Origin: a virus | Taxonomy: Duplodnaviria; Caudoviricetes | Strand: one strand, 5' to 3' | DNA: 64,000 nt | IMG/VR virus record: IMGVR_UViG_3300032030_000057 | Coordinates: 15,509-79,508 of that record | Shown: piece by piece, positions 34,612 to 43,593 of the stretch | Position numbering within the stretch: position 1 is the stretch's first letter | Layout: the number at the start of each line of letters is the position of its first letter | Notes under the pieces: generated by a model | The model's input: only the letters and a program-made list of their open reading frames with translations | Told to the model about the DNA's origin: nothing | Databases searched by the model: none | Position numbers and translations under genes: made by a program

Positions 34612-35229
34612 ATGGAATCATATATTGACATTAAATCGTCATTACACATTCGCGGAATAGATATAGACGAGAAGCAGTATTTCTTCGTCCTGTCGTGCGT
34701 GATAGGAGAAAGGCCTGAGGTCGCCTATGCGATGATATACGACACAAAGCTATTCAATCATGCCATAGAGACAGAGGACGAGGAAGAATACCTTTCTTCT
34801 GTGAAGGGTGATGCAGAAATAAGACTACAGCAGCAGGATGAAAAGCAACTGTTTGATATACTTGAGTCTGATTACAAGGCAGATATTCAAGCAAAGGCAA
34901 TGAATCTGGAAAATTATTCGTTCACAGCAGGTCAGGCAATCCAGATTCTTCAGAACCTTCTTCATGACAGGGCAAATGACATTTCGTCATCTTCTGCAAA
35001 GGATATCATATCAATCATCAACTCTCTGGCTGCGCAGGGTGCTCTACAAAGTGGAGATAATTTCGACAGCCACTTTGTCCACATACATGACAAGTTTAAC
35101 TCCCTTTGTGTATGCGGAAGAGAGATAGATGTGTTTGCTGGACTTGACTGTATATGTCCACATTGCGGTCAGGTGTATAAGTGGAGCGAGGCTGAGAAAA
35201 GATTCTATCCTGAAGCAACAAAACTATGA
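34612..35229 (+). CDS. Putative terminase small subunit-like protein with C-terminal zinc ribbon
   Basis: EKQYFFV...EVAYAMIY HTH-like start, KDIISIINSL helix, CVC...CPHC. Confidence 0.4.
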   Translation: MESYIDIKSSLHIRGIDIDEKQYFFVLSCVIGERPEVAYAMIYDTKLFNHAIETEDEEEYLSSVKGDAEIRLQQQDEKQLFDILESDYKADIQAKAMNLENYSFTAGQAIQILQNLLHDRANDISSSSAKDIISIINSLAAQGALQSGDNFDSHFVHIHDKFNSLCVCGREIDVFAGLDCICPHCGQVYKWSEAEKRFYPEATKL

Positions 35230-35696
35230 CGACTATGGAAACAAAAGGAATTATTATCAGTAAAGAAGACTACGAACGCCTAACTGATGTTGAAAAGAAC
35301 TTTAATGATAAAGTTAAAGAAAACAAGGAGTCGTTCAAGAAAGGTTTGGAAGATGCTATAAAAGGCAATCTTGTAAAGGTGCTTTGGATAAATGATAAGT
35401 ATTATGCAGACCTTATGGGATGCGATTTGTCAGATGAAGGCATTGACAAGTTTATAAGACGTGAGGATGCGGATTTTGTAGATAATGTGTCTGCAAACTG
35501 GTCTTATGATAGGGATAAACTTGTAAATGAGCACAAAGACAAAAGAACCACACAAGAACAAATAAACAAATTTGGAGATGCCTATAAAGAACAAATCATA
35601 GCAAACCAAAAGAAATCCATTCGTAACCTTTGGTGGGCTTTCGCTATTATGTCTATGGCTTGGCTGGTACAACTAATTGCGTATATAATGAAATGA
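35226..35696 (+). CDS. Coiled-coil protein with C-terminal TM anchor
   Basis: C-terminal LWWAFAIMSMAWLVQLIAYIMK. Confidence 0.8.
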   Translation: MTTMETKGIIISKEDYERLTDVEKNFNDKVKENKESFKKGLEDAIKGNLVKVLWINDKYYADLMGCDLSDEGIDKFIRREDADFVDNVSANWSYDRDKLVNEHKDKRTTQEQINKFGDAYKEQIIANQKKSIRNLWWAFAIMSMAWLVQLIAYIMK

Positions 35697-35720
35697 CAAA
35701 ACTTAAACAGAGAAAACGTT

Positions 35721-36047
35721 ATGCAAAGCACAGTAATTCTATTAAGACAAAATAGTCAAGAAATCCGCGACGCAATAAAGGCTGGTGGCATAGACGTTTG
35801 TATATGCGCTAACTTTGTCGATAGCGTTTGGCTTGACTACTACCCGACGATTGGTAGTGTACATGGCATTGGCTATCCTTACGAGGGCATGACAAGCGAA
35901 CAGACGATTGCGTTCATTGAATACGAATGGAAGCAATACAACACTAAGGTGATAGAATGTAAGGACGTTCAAGAGTTTATCAACGAAATAAAAAAGTCAG
36001 AATATGGAAACGAAATTGAACGAAAACGAGGTAAAAGAGGTTGCTAA
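35721..36047 (+). CDS. Hypothetical protein
   Basis: 108-aa ORF. Confidence 0.75.
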   Translation: MQSTVILLRQNSQEIRDAIKAGGIDVCICANFVDSVWLDYYPTIGSVHGIGYPYEGMTSEQTIAFIEYEWKQYNTKVIECKDVQEFINEIKKSEYGNEIERKRGKRGC

Positions 36048-36237
36048 GATGCAAATGAAGATTGACGCATACGAGTCCTTTATCAGCACTATTGGCGTAA
36101 TGTTAGCGACAAAGAAAACCAACTTGAACTATCTTGTGTTCGATGGCACTCCGTTTACAAAAGAGATGAACAGAATATGGCGGTTTGTAAAAGAGAAAGT
36201 CAATGAGGGTAAGGAGAATAACAGGAGCGTGATTTGA
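36004..36237 (+). CDS. Hypothetical protein
   Basis: 77-aa ORF. Confidence 0.7.
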   Translation: METKLNENEVKEVAKMQMKIDAYESFISTIGVMLATKKTNLNYLVFDGTPFTKEMNRIWRFVKEKVNEGKENNRSVI

Positions 36238-36240
36238 TTA

Positions 36241-36330
36241 GAGCGCATTTTTAGGCTCTCTGACGGCATTTTACCGCATCGCCCTATAAGTTATCCGCCG
36301 AAAGAATTTTAAACGCTCAGAATGAAAAAT
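36241..36330 (-). repeat. Hairpin element B, inverted homolog of element A (central GGCGGATAACTTATA)
   Basis: Shares cgttt(t)a, GGYGGATAACT, (a/g)ggc, aaatgc and aaaatgcg with 2262-2352. Confidence 0.6.
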
Positions 36331-36418
36331 ATTAAAAACTGTGTAAAATGCATAGAAAACAAATAGGCTCGCTTCCGACGTGGTTGCAAGCCTATTATGA
36401 AAGTTTAACCCTTCATCC

Positions 36419-36449
36419 TTTGCTTCTACAAAAATTATTCGTAACTTTG
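36419..36449 (+). promoter_or_regulatory. Promoter for the HNH gene
   Basis: TTTG...TAACTTTG, 19-nt spacer. Confidence 0.75.
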
Positions 36450-36556
36450 CAAAAGAAATAAACGCTTATCCACCACTAAGCGAATATATAAGACTAAATG
36501 GATTTGTCTCGTTAGATGCGTGGTGGCTCTTTCGGGGCATTTCCGTTTTTATATTT

Positions 36557-37207
36557 ATGGAAGAAATTTGGAAAGACATTGAAGGGTTTGAGAATGATTA
36601 CATGGTTTCGTCTTATGGGAGAATTATGATGAAAGAACATAGTTGTTTAATGCCAAATGGAGGGACTAAGGTAATTCCGAATCACATTCTCAATACCATA
36701 ACCACAAAAAATAAATACGTTTGCGTTTCTTTAAAAAAAAGAACGTATTATGTTCACAGACTTGTCGCAAAAGCGTTTCCAGAAATATGCGGGTTATGGT
36801 TCGATGATTGCCAAGTTGACCATATAAACACAATAAGAAACGATAATATGGCAACAAACCTTCGTGTTGTGTCAGCACACGAGAATAGTACAAATCCCAT
36901 AACCATCAAACATCAAATGGAAGCAAAGTTAGGCAAGAAGATGCCGATTGGTTTTAGAGAATTGCAAAGACAAATACATTTAGGTAATAATCTTTCTTGT
37001 CAAACAAAAGAGAAAATAAGAAATTCTTTACTGAATAATCCCCTTATAAGTAAAAGAGTGTTGCAATTGGATTTAGATGGTAAAGTGATAAAAGAGTGGG
37101 CAAGCAGCAAGGAAGCCGAAAGACACGGTTTTCATCACAGCAGTATAAATTTGTGTTGCAAAGGAATTTATAAACAACACAAAGGTTTTATTTGGAAATA
37201 TTTATAA
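36557..37207 (+). mobile_element. NUMOD4-HNH-NUMOD1 homing endonuclease
   Basis: WKDIEGF...VSSYGR; VHRLVAKAF...VDHIN..RNDN...NL; KRVLQLDLDG..IKEW. Confidence 0.92.
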
Positions 37208-37224
37208 ACAACAACAAAAAAGAA

Positions 37225-37246
37225 AGAGCCTACACAATGAGGCTCT
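37225..37246. terminator. Terminator at the convergence of the two transcription units
   Basis: agagcct-acacaatg-aggctct with A-tract on the left. Confidence 0.7.
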
Positions 37247-37628
37247 ATCTTATATCTGCAATTTCTTCCATAATTCTTTGGAAGATAAACCCAGACAAAT
37301 ATGCAAAGTCCTCTCCAGAGCAAGGCTTATTGTAGAATGCTGTTATAGCAGATGCTGTGTGTGCCGTCTCATGTACAATAGTATTTAAGAATTGTCCTTT
37401 TGATGTGGCTCTTCCTATGAACATTGCAGACATTCTCAAATCATCACTACTTACAGTCATTCCGCTGTTAAAAGTAGAAAGAACGTTAAGTGAACGGTTT
37501 ATTGAACGTCTATTCATTCCGAAGCTTCTACACAACACTTCTATATCTCTGTAGTCAGACTCGTTAAAGTCGTAACAAAAAATTATTCCCCAAGATTCTT
37601 CTGGGATTTCGATATAAGCTTTTTTCAT
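37245..37628 (-). CDS. Cassette gene 6: HExxH zinc-metallopeptidase-like protein
   Basis: NTIVHETAH...EDFAYL. Confidence 0.65.
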   Translation of the reverse strand: MKKAYIEIPEESWGIIFCYDFNESDYRDIEVLCRSFGMNRRSINRSLNVLSTFNSGMTVSSDDLRMSAMFIGRATSKGQFLNTIVHETAHTASAITAFYNKPCSGEDFAYLSGFIFQRIMEEIADIR

Positions 37629-37632
37629 AGAC

Positions 37633-38037
37633 TTAAAAGAATCTTTCCCAATAAATAGGAATCCCCATTACGTCCATCTTAGCCTTAAAGCAAGCGAGAA
37701 CTGCTGTTGGCTCACAGTCTGGGTCACATATTGTTTCTTCGATAAACAACGCACGATGCTTGTCATCTTCAAGAGATTTTTTATAATCTGCTTCACACAT
37801 GTGCATTAAGTAATATCCGTCATAGTAAGACTCGTCTGGCAGCTTTAGCTTGTTTGTCTGCAAGAACTCATCGTATTCTTCCAATGTCTTTTTCTTTACT
37901 GGCTCTAACATTCCTGTTGTCGGGTTTTCTTTTCTCATGTTAGAGATTGCCCACTCAGCTAATTTTTTGTTGAAGTGACAATGATATTTACTGTTGTAAA
38001 TCTCTTCCTCTTCGCTTTTATATACATAATATTCCAT
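37633..38037 (-). CDS. Cassette gene 5: hypothetical (start revised to MEYYVYK)
   Basis: HFNKKLAEWAISNM...ICDPD...WERFF. Confidence 0.8.
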   Translation of the reverse strand: MEYYVYKSEEEEIYNSKYHCHFNKKLAEWAISNMRKENPTTGMLEPVKKKTLEEYDEFLQTNKLKLPDESYYDGYYLMHMCEADYKKSLEDDKHRALFIEETICDPDCEPTAVLACFKAKMDVMGIPIYWERFF

Positions 38038-38104
38038 TTTTTTGTTCCCTTTCTTTTTTATAATGGGGAAAGGGCAAAAACACCCAATCCCCAAAAGTTA
38101 ATTA

Positions 38105-38320
38105 CTAAAGATACCTTCCACGGCTATCGCGCTGACGACGGTAGTGTTCATCTTCTGAATCTTCCCATCCCGCACGATACCCGTGCTCATACATCTTATC
38201 ACGCTCTTCTTCGTGGCGCATCATTGGATAATAGCCATCACCACGCATCATTCTGCGCATGTTGTGACGAACGCTCTGCATTTCATCGTCACGGTCTGTG
38301 TTGAAAATCAAATATCCCAC
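38105..38320 (-). CDS. Cassette gene 4: small R/D/E/M/Y-rich low-complexity protein
   Basis: Ends RRQRDSRGRYL. Confidence 0.75.
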   Translation of the reverse strand: MGYLIFNTDRDDEMQSVRHNMRRMMRGDGYYPMMRHEEERDKMYEHGYRAGWEDSEDEHYRRQRDSRGRYL

Positions 38321-38348
38321 TTTGATTACCCTTTCTTACTTTTGTGGA

Positions 38349-38870
38349 TTAAACATTGCTTGGCGAAGGGGAGTCCAACTTCTGCAAGATTCCAAGGATT
38401 GTGTCGAGTTTCTTGTCGGTCTCTGACTGACGGCGTTCAAGGTCTGTAATAGTGCGAGCCTGTTTCTTGTTTTCCGCATACTGAGGGTTCAATACCTCAA
38501 GCATCTTTTCCGATTCGGCAATGACTGATTTGTGATAAGCGACCTGCTCCAAAGCCTTTTTGGATGTTTGCAGCATGTTGTCAACGGCTTGCAGCATTGC
38601 CTCACGGCTACCGCTGAATGTAACATTGCCCTTTGCGGCAATTTCTACACCAACAGGTATGTCGTTGTAAGTTTCGTCTTTCCCGTTCAACGACACAGTG
38701 ATGTCTATGACTTGTTGTGGCTGCAAGCCCGTCATAAGATTCGGGGTAGATGTTGGAAACTTAACGTGAGGCTGTGTTTTGGCCTTAACTGTGCCAACAT
38801 CGAGAGTTGGCTTTTCTCCTTGACGAAGAATGTAAAGAGGACTACCCTGTCCAAGTGATGAAAAATCCAT
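38349..38870 (-). CDS. Cassette gene 3: beta-rich N-terminus plus coiled coil
   Basis: 173-aa ORF. Confidence 0.85.
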   Translation of the reverse strand: MDFSSLGQGSPLYILRQGEKPTLDVGTVKAKTQPHVKFPTSTPNLMTGLQPQQVIDITVSLNGKDETYNDIPVGVEIAAKGNVTFSGSREAMLQAVDNMLQTSKKALEQVAYHKSVIAESEKMLEVLNPQYAENKKQARTITDLERRQSETDKKLDTILGILQKLDSPSPSNV

Positions 38871-38901
38871 ATTGATTACTTTTTTTATTGTTAAATACTA
38901 A

Positions 38902-39237
38902 TTACACTACGGTACGTGACATTAACATCAACGAGCCGTTGAATCTGTCATTCAACACCAAAATTGCACTTACGTTGAGTAATTCTGCGGCAGTGACGTT
39001 TTCGCCGTTTGGGAGTGTCAACTGACGTGTAGTGCCATTTAGTGTTAAAGTAACAGGTAGTGTCGTTGTAGCATCGGCAGGTATCACATCCGAAATACGG
39101 AGAGTGAAATAGCCAAGAGGCTGAATCCTGCGAAAGCCCATTGCAATGTCGATAGTCTCAGTACCAACAGTGGTCTTTGTTGAAACAAGTAGTGGAATAC
39201 CACCCATATTTGTTGCAATATTATTAAAACAACTCAT
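38902..39237 (-). CDS. Cassette gene 2: small beta-sandwich-like protein
   Basis: Thr/Val-rich alternating pattern. Confidence 0.8.
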   Translation of the reverse strand: MSCFNNIATNMGGIPLLVSTKTTVGTETIDIAMGFRRIQPLGYFTLRISDVIPADATTTLPVTLTLNGTTRQLTLPNGENVTAAELLNVSAILVLNDRFNGSLMLMSRTVV

Positions 39238-39263
39238 ACTATATACCTCCTATCCACTAAATG

Positions 39264-40214
39264 TTAGAAACCAAAACCGTTTCCGAACCAACCGTTTCCG
39301 TAGAAGCCACCCATATATGGAGTGTTGTTTACGGCGGTAACATTTGGATATGTTACGGCGATGGTGTTTGGCATCTTGTTCTTGATGTCGTCAACTTGGT
39401 TCTGGATTCCTGCGAGCTGACCAAGGATAGGTGCAACTGCCTGCTGAACAACACCAGTAGTAAAGTTCTGAGACTTCAACGAAGCAACCTCGGCTGTCAA
39501 AGCGGTAATCTCGCGGTCTTTGCGGTTCGACTCCATAGCGTCGAGCTTGTTGTCGATAGCAAGGAAGTTACGGTTCATGTTGTCCGTCAAAGCGTAAGTT
39601 TGCTGGCACATAGCCAATTGGTCGGCAGCAGCCTTTGCCTGTACCTGATTACCTACACCATTGATTGCGTTCTGCAAGGTGTTGGTCTGCTGACAAGTAG
39701 CAAGCTGTTGGTCGCAGCAACACTTCTGGAATGCGCTGATAATGCTTGCGTCACCACTCTGGATGGAGTTGATAATCTGAGGAACGCTTACTGCCTGCTG
39801 CAAAGCAAGGTTGCTAAGAGCGGACTGTACATTGTTGACAGCACCGTTTACAAGATTGAAATCCTGTCCGAGCATAGTGCTCAGTGTCTGAATAGCCGTG
39901 CGTGAAGCCTCGCCTTGGTTGGTGATAGCGTTCATTATAAGTTCACGGCCAGAATCGTTCGAGAGCTGATTAGCCAAGAAAGCCGCGCCTGAGTTTCCTC
40001 CGCCAAAGCCTCCATTGCCAAATCCGCCATTGTTCCAGCCGAACATTGAAGCAATGATAGCCAATCCAAATAAGTCAGCAATCCCGTTCATGCCGTAGTT
40101 ACCGCCGAACAGGCCACCACCCATACCGAAACCGCCGATGGGTATCGAGAATGGAATATTGCCGAAACCTCCGTTGTTTCCTGAATTTTCAGGAAGTTGA
40201 TAAATCTCTGCCAT
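39264..40214 (-). CDS. Cassette gene 1: Gly/Asn/Phe low-complexity and Gln-rich coiled-coil protein with CCCD motif
   Basis: GGFG repeats, hydrophobic helix, QKCCCDQQ, C-terminal YGNGWFGNGFGF. Confidence 0.9.
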   Translation of the reverse strand: MAEIYQLPENSGNNGGFGNIPFSIPIGGFGMGGGLFGGNYGMNGIADLFGLAIIASMFGWNNGGFGNGGFGGGNSGAAFLANQLSNDSGRELIMNAITNQGEASRTAIQTLSTMLGQDFNLVNGAVNNVQSALSNLALQQAVSVPQIINSIQSGDASIISAFQKCCCDQQLATCQQTNTLQNAINGVGNQVQAKAAADQLAMCQQTYALTDNMNRNFLAIDNKLDAMESNRKDREITALTAEVASLKSQNFTTGVVQQAVAPILGQLAGIQNQVDDIKNKMPNTIAVTYPNVTAVNNTPYMGGFYGNGWFGNGFGF

Positions 40215-40280
40215 AGTTTTTTTTCTTTTGTTTTGTTGTTAAAAAAGATGTTAGTTATCTCAAGTGTAACGTTACGCTGG

Positions 40281-40288
40281 CAAAGATA
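40281..40288 (-). promoter_or_regulatory. Dedicated promoter for the six-gene cassette
   Basis: TATCTTTG on minus strand, ~67 nt upstream of ATG 40214. Confidence 0.7.
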
Positions 40289-40587
40289 ATGTGTTTTTCT
40301 GTTATGTTAAACGCGTACTCAATTAAGTCCGTAGCAATAATGAAATACGGACAGCACAAAACAAAAGAACGCGTCACAATGGCGTACTTTCACAAGTCCA
40401 AAGTGAAAGTAAAATCCCCCCATAAACAAAGGCTTTTCCCCATATAATTTTTTATAAAGGGATATTTTTCTGCGATATTAAAAATCGTATCTACTTGATT
40501 ATCAATACGTTATATTATTATTTACTAACTAAAATTTTTCAAAACTATGTCACCAAAGATTCGTTACCGCCTTGTGTTTGAATACGC

Positions 40588-40622
40588 AAAAAAAGGAATC
40601 ACTAATAAATGATTCCCTTTTT
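40588..40622 (-). terminator. Terminator ending the tail-fibre operon
   Basis: aaggaatca-ctaataaa-tgattccctt flanked by A and T tracts. Confidence 0.8.
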
Positions 40623-40656
40623 CTTATTATGAAAATTTGTGGATTTCCACTTTAAT

Positions 40657-41382
40657 TTATTGAATTAACACAAAATCGCTATCACTATAGCCTTTTTTAT
40701 AGACAGTTGTAGTTCCATCTGATACTCCATGAAATTCCATTCTACCTCCATTATAATCTTTATAAATTGTAACAAATATATTTGAATCGGCAGGAGATAT
40801 AAGAAGAAAGGCGACACTAGATTGCATTTGATTTAAAAAATAATCTTTTGCTATTTCCAGTCCTGTTTTGTTGCTATCAGCAATTTGTATCAGAGCATGA
40901 TTTGTAGGGTATTCTCCCAGCGCGTTTGCAAGACTGGATAAATCAGTATAGTCCTTGTAAAATGAAGGATAACCAATAGCCACATCTTGCCAATTGTATA
41001 TTCTGTCACCACCACCACCATCTCGGTATATTTTGGTTTGTCCAGTTACAATATCAAAAGCAAAAGCCATTACAAAACGGGTTCTAGCCCAGTGTGTTTT
41101 ATCTATTGAAACGACACAATATTGAAACGGAAAGTCGTATTGACTATGGCCGTTGCTATCTTGGTCAACATAATAAACACGCCTACCATCTGTTAAATTT
41201 GCCATATTTTCAAAAGAGCCTCCAGTCCATGCTCCAGCAAATTGCTCACCAAGAACACTTGCAAGGTTAGCCATAGTCATGTGACCGTCTGGCGTACCAT
41301 CGTTACCACAAAGCATGACGTTAGAGCCTGTAGTCTTTGCTGTTGCGAATATTTCTTTTATTCCATTTACTAAAGTTCCCAT
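40657..41382 (-). CDS. Modular receptor-binding/tail-tip-like protein with two variable domains
   Basis: MANLASVLG and DLSSLANALG junction motifs; low GC; last in tail operon. Confidence 0.7.
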   Translation of the reverse strand: MGTLVNGIKEIFATAKTTGSNVMLCGNDGTPDGHMTMANLASVLGEQFAGAWTGGSFENMANLTDGRRVYYVDQDSNGHSQYDFPFQYCVVSIDKTHWARTRFVMAFAFDIVTGQTKIYRDGGGGDRIYNWQDVAIGYPSFYKDYTDLSSLANALGEYPTNHALIQIADSNKTGLEIAKDYFLNQMQSSVAFLLISPADSNIFVTIYKDYNGGRMEFHGVSDGTTTVYKKGYSDSDFVLIQ

Positions 41383-41430
41383 AATAAAATATCTTTTTAA
41401 ATTGTAAAATTATTTTCTTGTAAATATCTT

Positions 41431-41751
41431 TTACATAGTTATTTTCTTCCAAGTGACCGTCGTATTCGAACCATGTGTGACAAGTTCACCATTATGCGTA
41501 ACGCTTGAATTGTTGTGCGTCACCACATGGCTAGGTACGCCCGTAATCTGCTCGGAATTGATAAACACCTCTTGGTTTACGCCTATAAGCGAATGTTGCG
41601 CGAATGTCGTATCTGGCGGCGTGTTGATGACCTGCCCAATGATTTTAACCTCGTTCTTAGCCACAAAGCTATTGTACAAGGACTTTAGTAATCCCCATAC
41701 CGTCGTAAGACCTGCGCCATCGAGTTTCTTATCAGCCGTTTGTACTGCCAT
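41431..41751 (-). CDS. Fibre/decoration-like protein, paralog 3 (DKKLDGAGL)
   Basis: MAVQTADKKLDGAGLTTVWGLLK; VTHN repeats. Confidence 0.75.
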   Translation of the reverse strand: MAVQTADKKLDGAGLTTVWGLLKSLYNSFVAKNEVKIIGQVINTPPDTTFAQHSLIGVNQEVFINSEQITGVPSHVVTHNNSSVTHNGELVTHGSNTTVTWKKITM

Positions 41752-41770
41752 CGCCTTTTAAGTGTTGTTG

Positions 41771-41902
41771 TTATGTTCCGTTCGGTGCTATATGCTGCGA
41801 ACTTACGGGGAACACGTTCTGCGTTAACAGCGTCTTGCATATTCCCCATAAGTCGCCTAGCCCACGACCATTTAGTTTCTTGTCGTCCGTGCTTACTGGC
41901 AT
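41771..41902 (-). CDS. 43-aa paralog 2 (DKKLNGRGL), missed by ORF track
   Basis: MPVSTDDKKLNGRGLGDLWGICKTLL... Confidence 0.7.
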   Translation of the reverse strand: MPVSTDDKKLNGRGLGDLWGICKTLLTQNVFPVSSQHIAPNGT

Positions 41903-42597
41903 ATACTCTGTATTTCAGCCGTAGAAAGCACTTCCACGTCATCTAACTTTGCATAGTTAGACATGTCAATGTAACCTTGGTAGACATCGAACTTGTAAAC
42001 GGCGGGCGTAGAACCCTCTGCTGGCGTGTTCTCGATGACATAGACGTTAGTACCCTTTGGATAGGTCTTTGTCTTTCCCGATTCGTAGTCCTTAAAGCGG
42101 TCGTCGATAGTAAAGCTATCCTCCATGTTCCACATCCAGCCTTCGTTCGTGCTAGCGGGTGTAGGCAGGTTGGCAAAGAGAATACCGCCCTTGGGTTTGA
42201 TAACGGACTGCATCTTTGAGTCAATAGCAGCATTGACTTGTGCAGACGTCTGATAGCCTGCGCCATTTCCGATTTCAGAGTTGTCGGTAGGCACTGGAAT
42301 GTTTACCGCCTTAGATGATGGTGTCAACGCCACGTTGTTCACCTTAATGGTTTCGATGACGTTTGCCTGCGCACCAGCTGCGATACCGTCCAACTTGTCT
42401 TTCAACGCGCCAGTAAAGTTCTGGTCGGTATGCACATAGTTGGCATCCGATGGAAAGTTCGAGTCGTTCGTAAGGTCGCTTGTCTTGGTGGGAAATGAAA
42501 GCGCGCTAATAGCATCGCTTACAAGTGACTTTATCAAACCCCATAAGGTTGACAAGCCAGCACCATCGAGCTTTTTGTCGTTTGTTTGTACAGCCAT
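41893..42597 (-). CDS. Fibre/decoration-like protein, paralog 1
   Basis: DKKLDGAGLSTLWGLIK, PTKTSDLTNDS, KLDGIAAGAQANVIE, LSTAEIQSIC. Confidence 0.8.
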   Translation of the reverse strand: MAVQTNDKKLDGAGLSTLWGLIKSLVSDAISALSFPTKTSDLTNDSNFPSDANYVHTDQNFTGALKDKLDGIAAGAQANVIETIKVNNVALTPSSKAVNIPVPTDNSEIGNGAGYQTSAQVNAAIDSKMQSVIKPKGGILFANLPTPASTNEGWMWNMEDSFTIDDRFKDYESGKTKTYPKGTNVYVIENTPAEGSTPAVYKFDVYQGYIDMSNYAKLDDVEVLSTAEIQSICQ

Positions 42598-42629
42598 AGT
42601 TGTATAAAATTTTTAAGTGTTATGTTTAT

Positions 42630-42836
42630 TTATCTGCAAATCATTCGAATTTCAAATTCCGAAAGGGTTTCTCCCTCTTCTTCTACCTGCTGCTCGACGT
42701 TGCGTAACGTTTGCACGTGTTCTTTCGTCATCAAGCCGCGTTCACGGGTGCTGGCATCTGGATATATCGTCTTTTGCTCGACAGCATCCAAATCGTCCTT
42801 TACCTGTTTTCCGTATTTGTCTAACTTGTATGCCAT
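42630..42836 (-). CDS. Small tail-associated protein
   Basis: ASTRERGLMT; LSEFEIRMIC end resembles paralog 1. Confidence 0.7.
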   Translation of the reverse strand: MAYKLDKYGKQVKDDLDAVEQKTIYPDASTRERGLMTKEHVQTLRNVEQQVEEEGETLSEFEIRMICR

Positions 42837-42852
42837 AGCTTTCTTCTATTTT

Positions 42853-43194
42853 TTACCTTCTTACCAAAACACATTGACCGTCGATAAGCATGATAACACC
42901 TTCGTTGACCAACAAGAACTCCCATTCGCCTTGCGATGTCCTACACATAAGTGATGTCTTGATGGTTAGCCCGTCGCCGTCCTTTCGTTCCGTCGCAACG
43001 TCAACGCCCGTGTTCTTTGGTTCAAGGTCTATCGCCATCCTATGCGTCATATCCATAACATCTACACTTGGTGCTTTGTCGTTCTTAAGCCATGCGCTAG
43101 CCGACATATCACCACCACCTTTGTGCGTGACGGTGACTGTTGTACAGCCATGAATGCCGCAACTATAACCGTGTGTTATGATGTCACTTTGCAT
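42853..43194 (-). CDS. Tail-associated hypothetical protein
   Basis: 113-aa ORF in tail operon. Confidence 0.7.
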   Translation of the reverse strand: MQSDIITHGYSCGIHGCTTVTVTHKGGGDMSASAWLKNDKAPSVDVMDMTHRMAIDLEPKNTGVDVATERKDGDGLTIKTSLMCRTSQGEWEFLLVNEGVIMLIDGQCVLVRR

Positions 43195-43514
43195 AAGAAT
43201 GTCTTTTGTACCTCTTGTCTAAAGCCGTCATCGAAATCCGCGTCGGGAACTTGCGCCAACGTCGTAAGATAGTAGTCGCCAGTACCTAGCGTTTCCGTCG
43301 GCAACGTGAATAAGAACTCATCGTTCTGCGTAAGAATCATTTCCCCCTTGTCTATCTCCACCGACTTTTGCATGTTGTTAATGATGACCTTAAAGTCATC
43401 TTCCAACATGTCAAAGCCCTCGGCCTCGATATTCAACGAGAATTTGAGTTCCGTCCCCAAATAGATGGGTCTTTCGACAATTTCGCTTACATTATCTGCC
43501 ATATCGCCAATCAA
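43176..43514 (-). CDS. Tail-associated Ig-like hypothetical protein
   Basis: IYLGTELKF...GDYYLTTLAQVPDADF. Confidence 0.75.
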   Translation of the reverse strand: MIGDMADNVSEIVERPIYLGTELKFSLNIEAEGFDMLEDDFKVIINNMQKSVEIDKGEMILTQNDEFLFTLPTETLGTGDYYLTTLAQVPDADFDDGFRQEVQKTFLCKVTS

Positions 43515-43546
43515 ATACGTATTTACTAAAAATTGTTATAACGATG

Positions 43547-43554
43547 CAAAAATA
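43547..43554 (-). promoter_or_regulatory. Internal -7 promoter element (TATTTTTG)
   Basis: Intergenic, upstream of 43514. Confidence 0.55.
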
Positions 43555-43593
43555 GCATATTATTTTTAATACTACAAATTTTTTATCGTTTTT

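Noticed and set aside
41685-41942. 85-aa ORF from the track
   Set aside because: Wrong frame; the 43-aa paralog at 41771..41902 explains the region better
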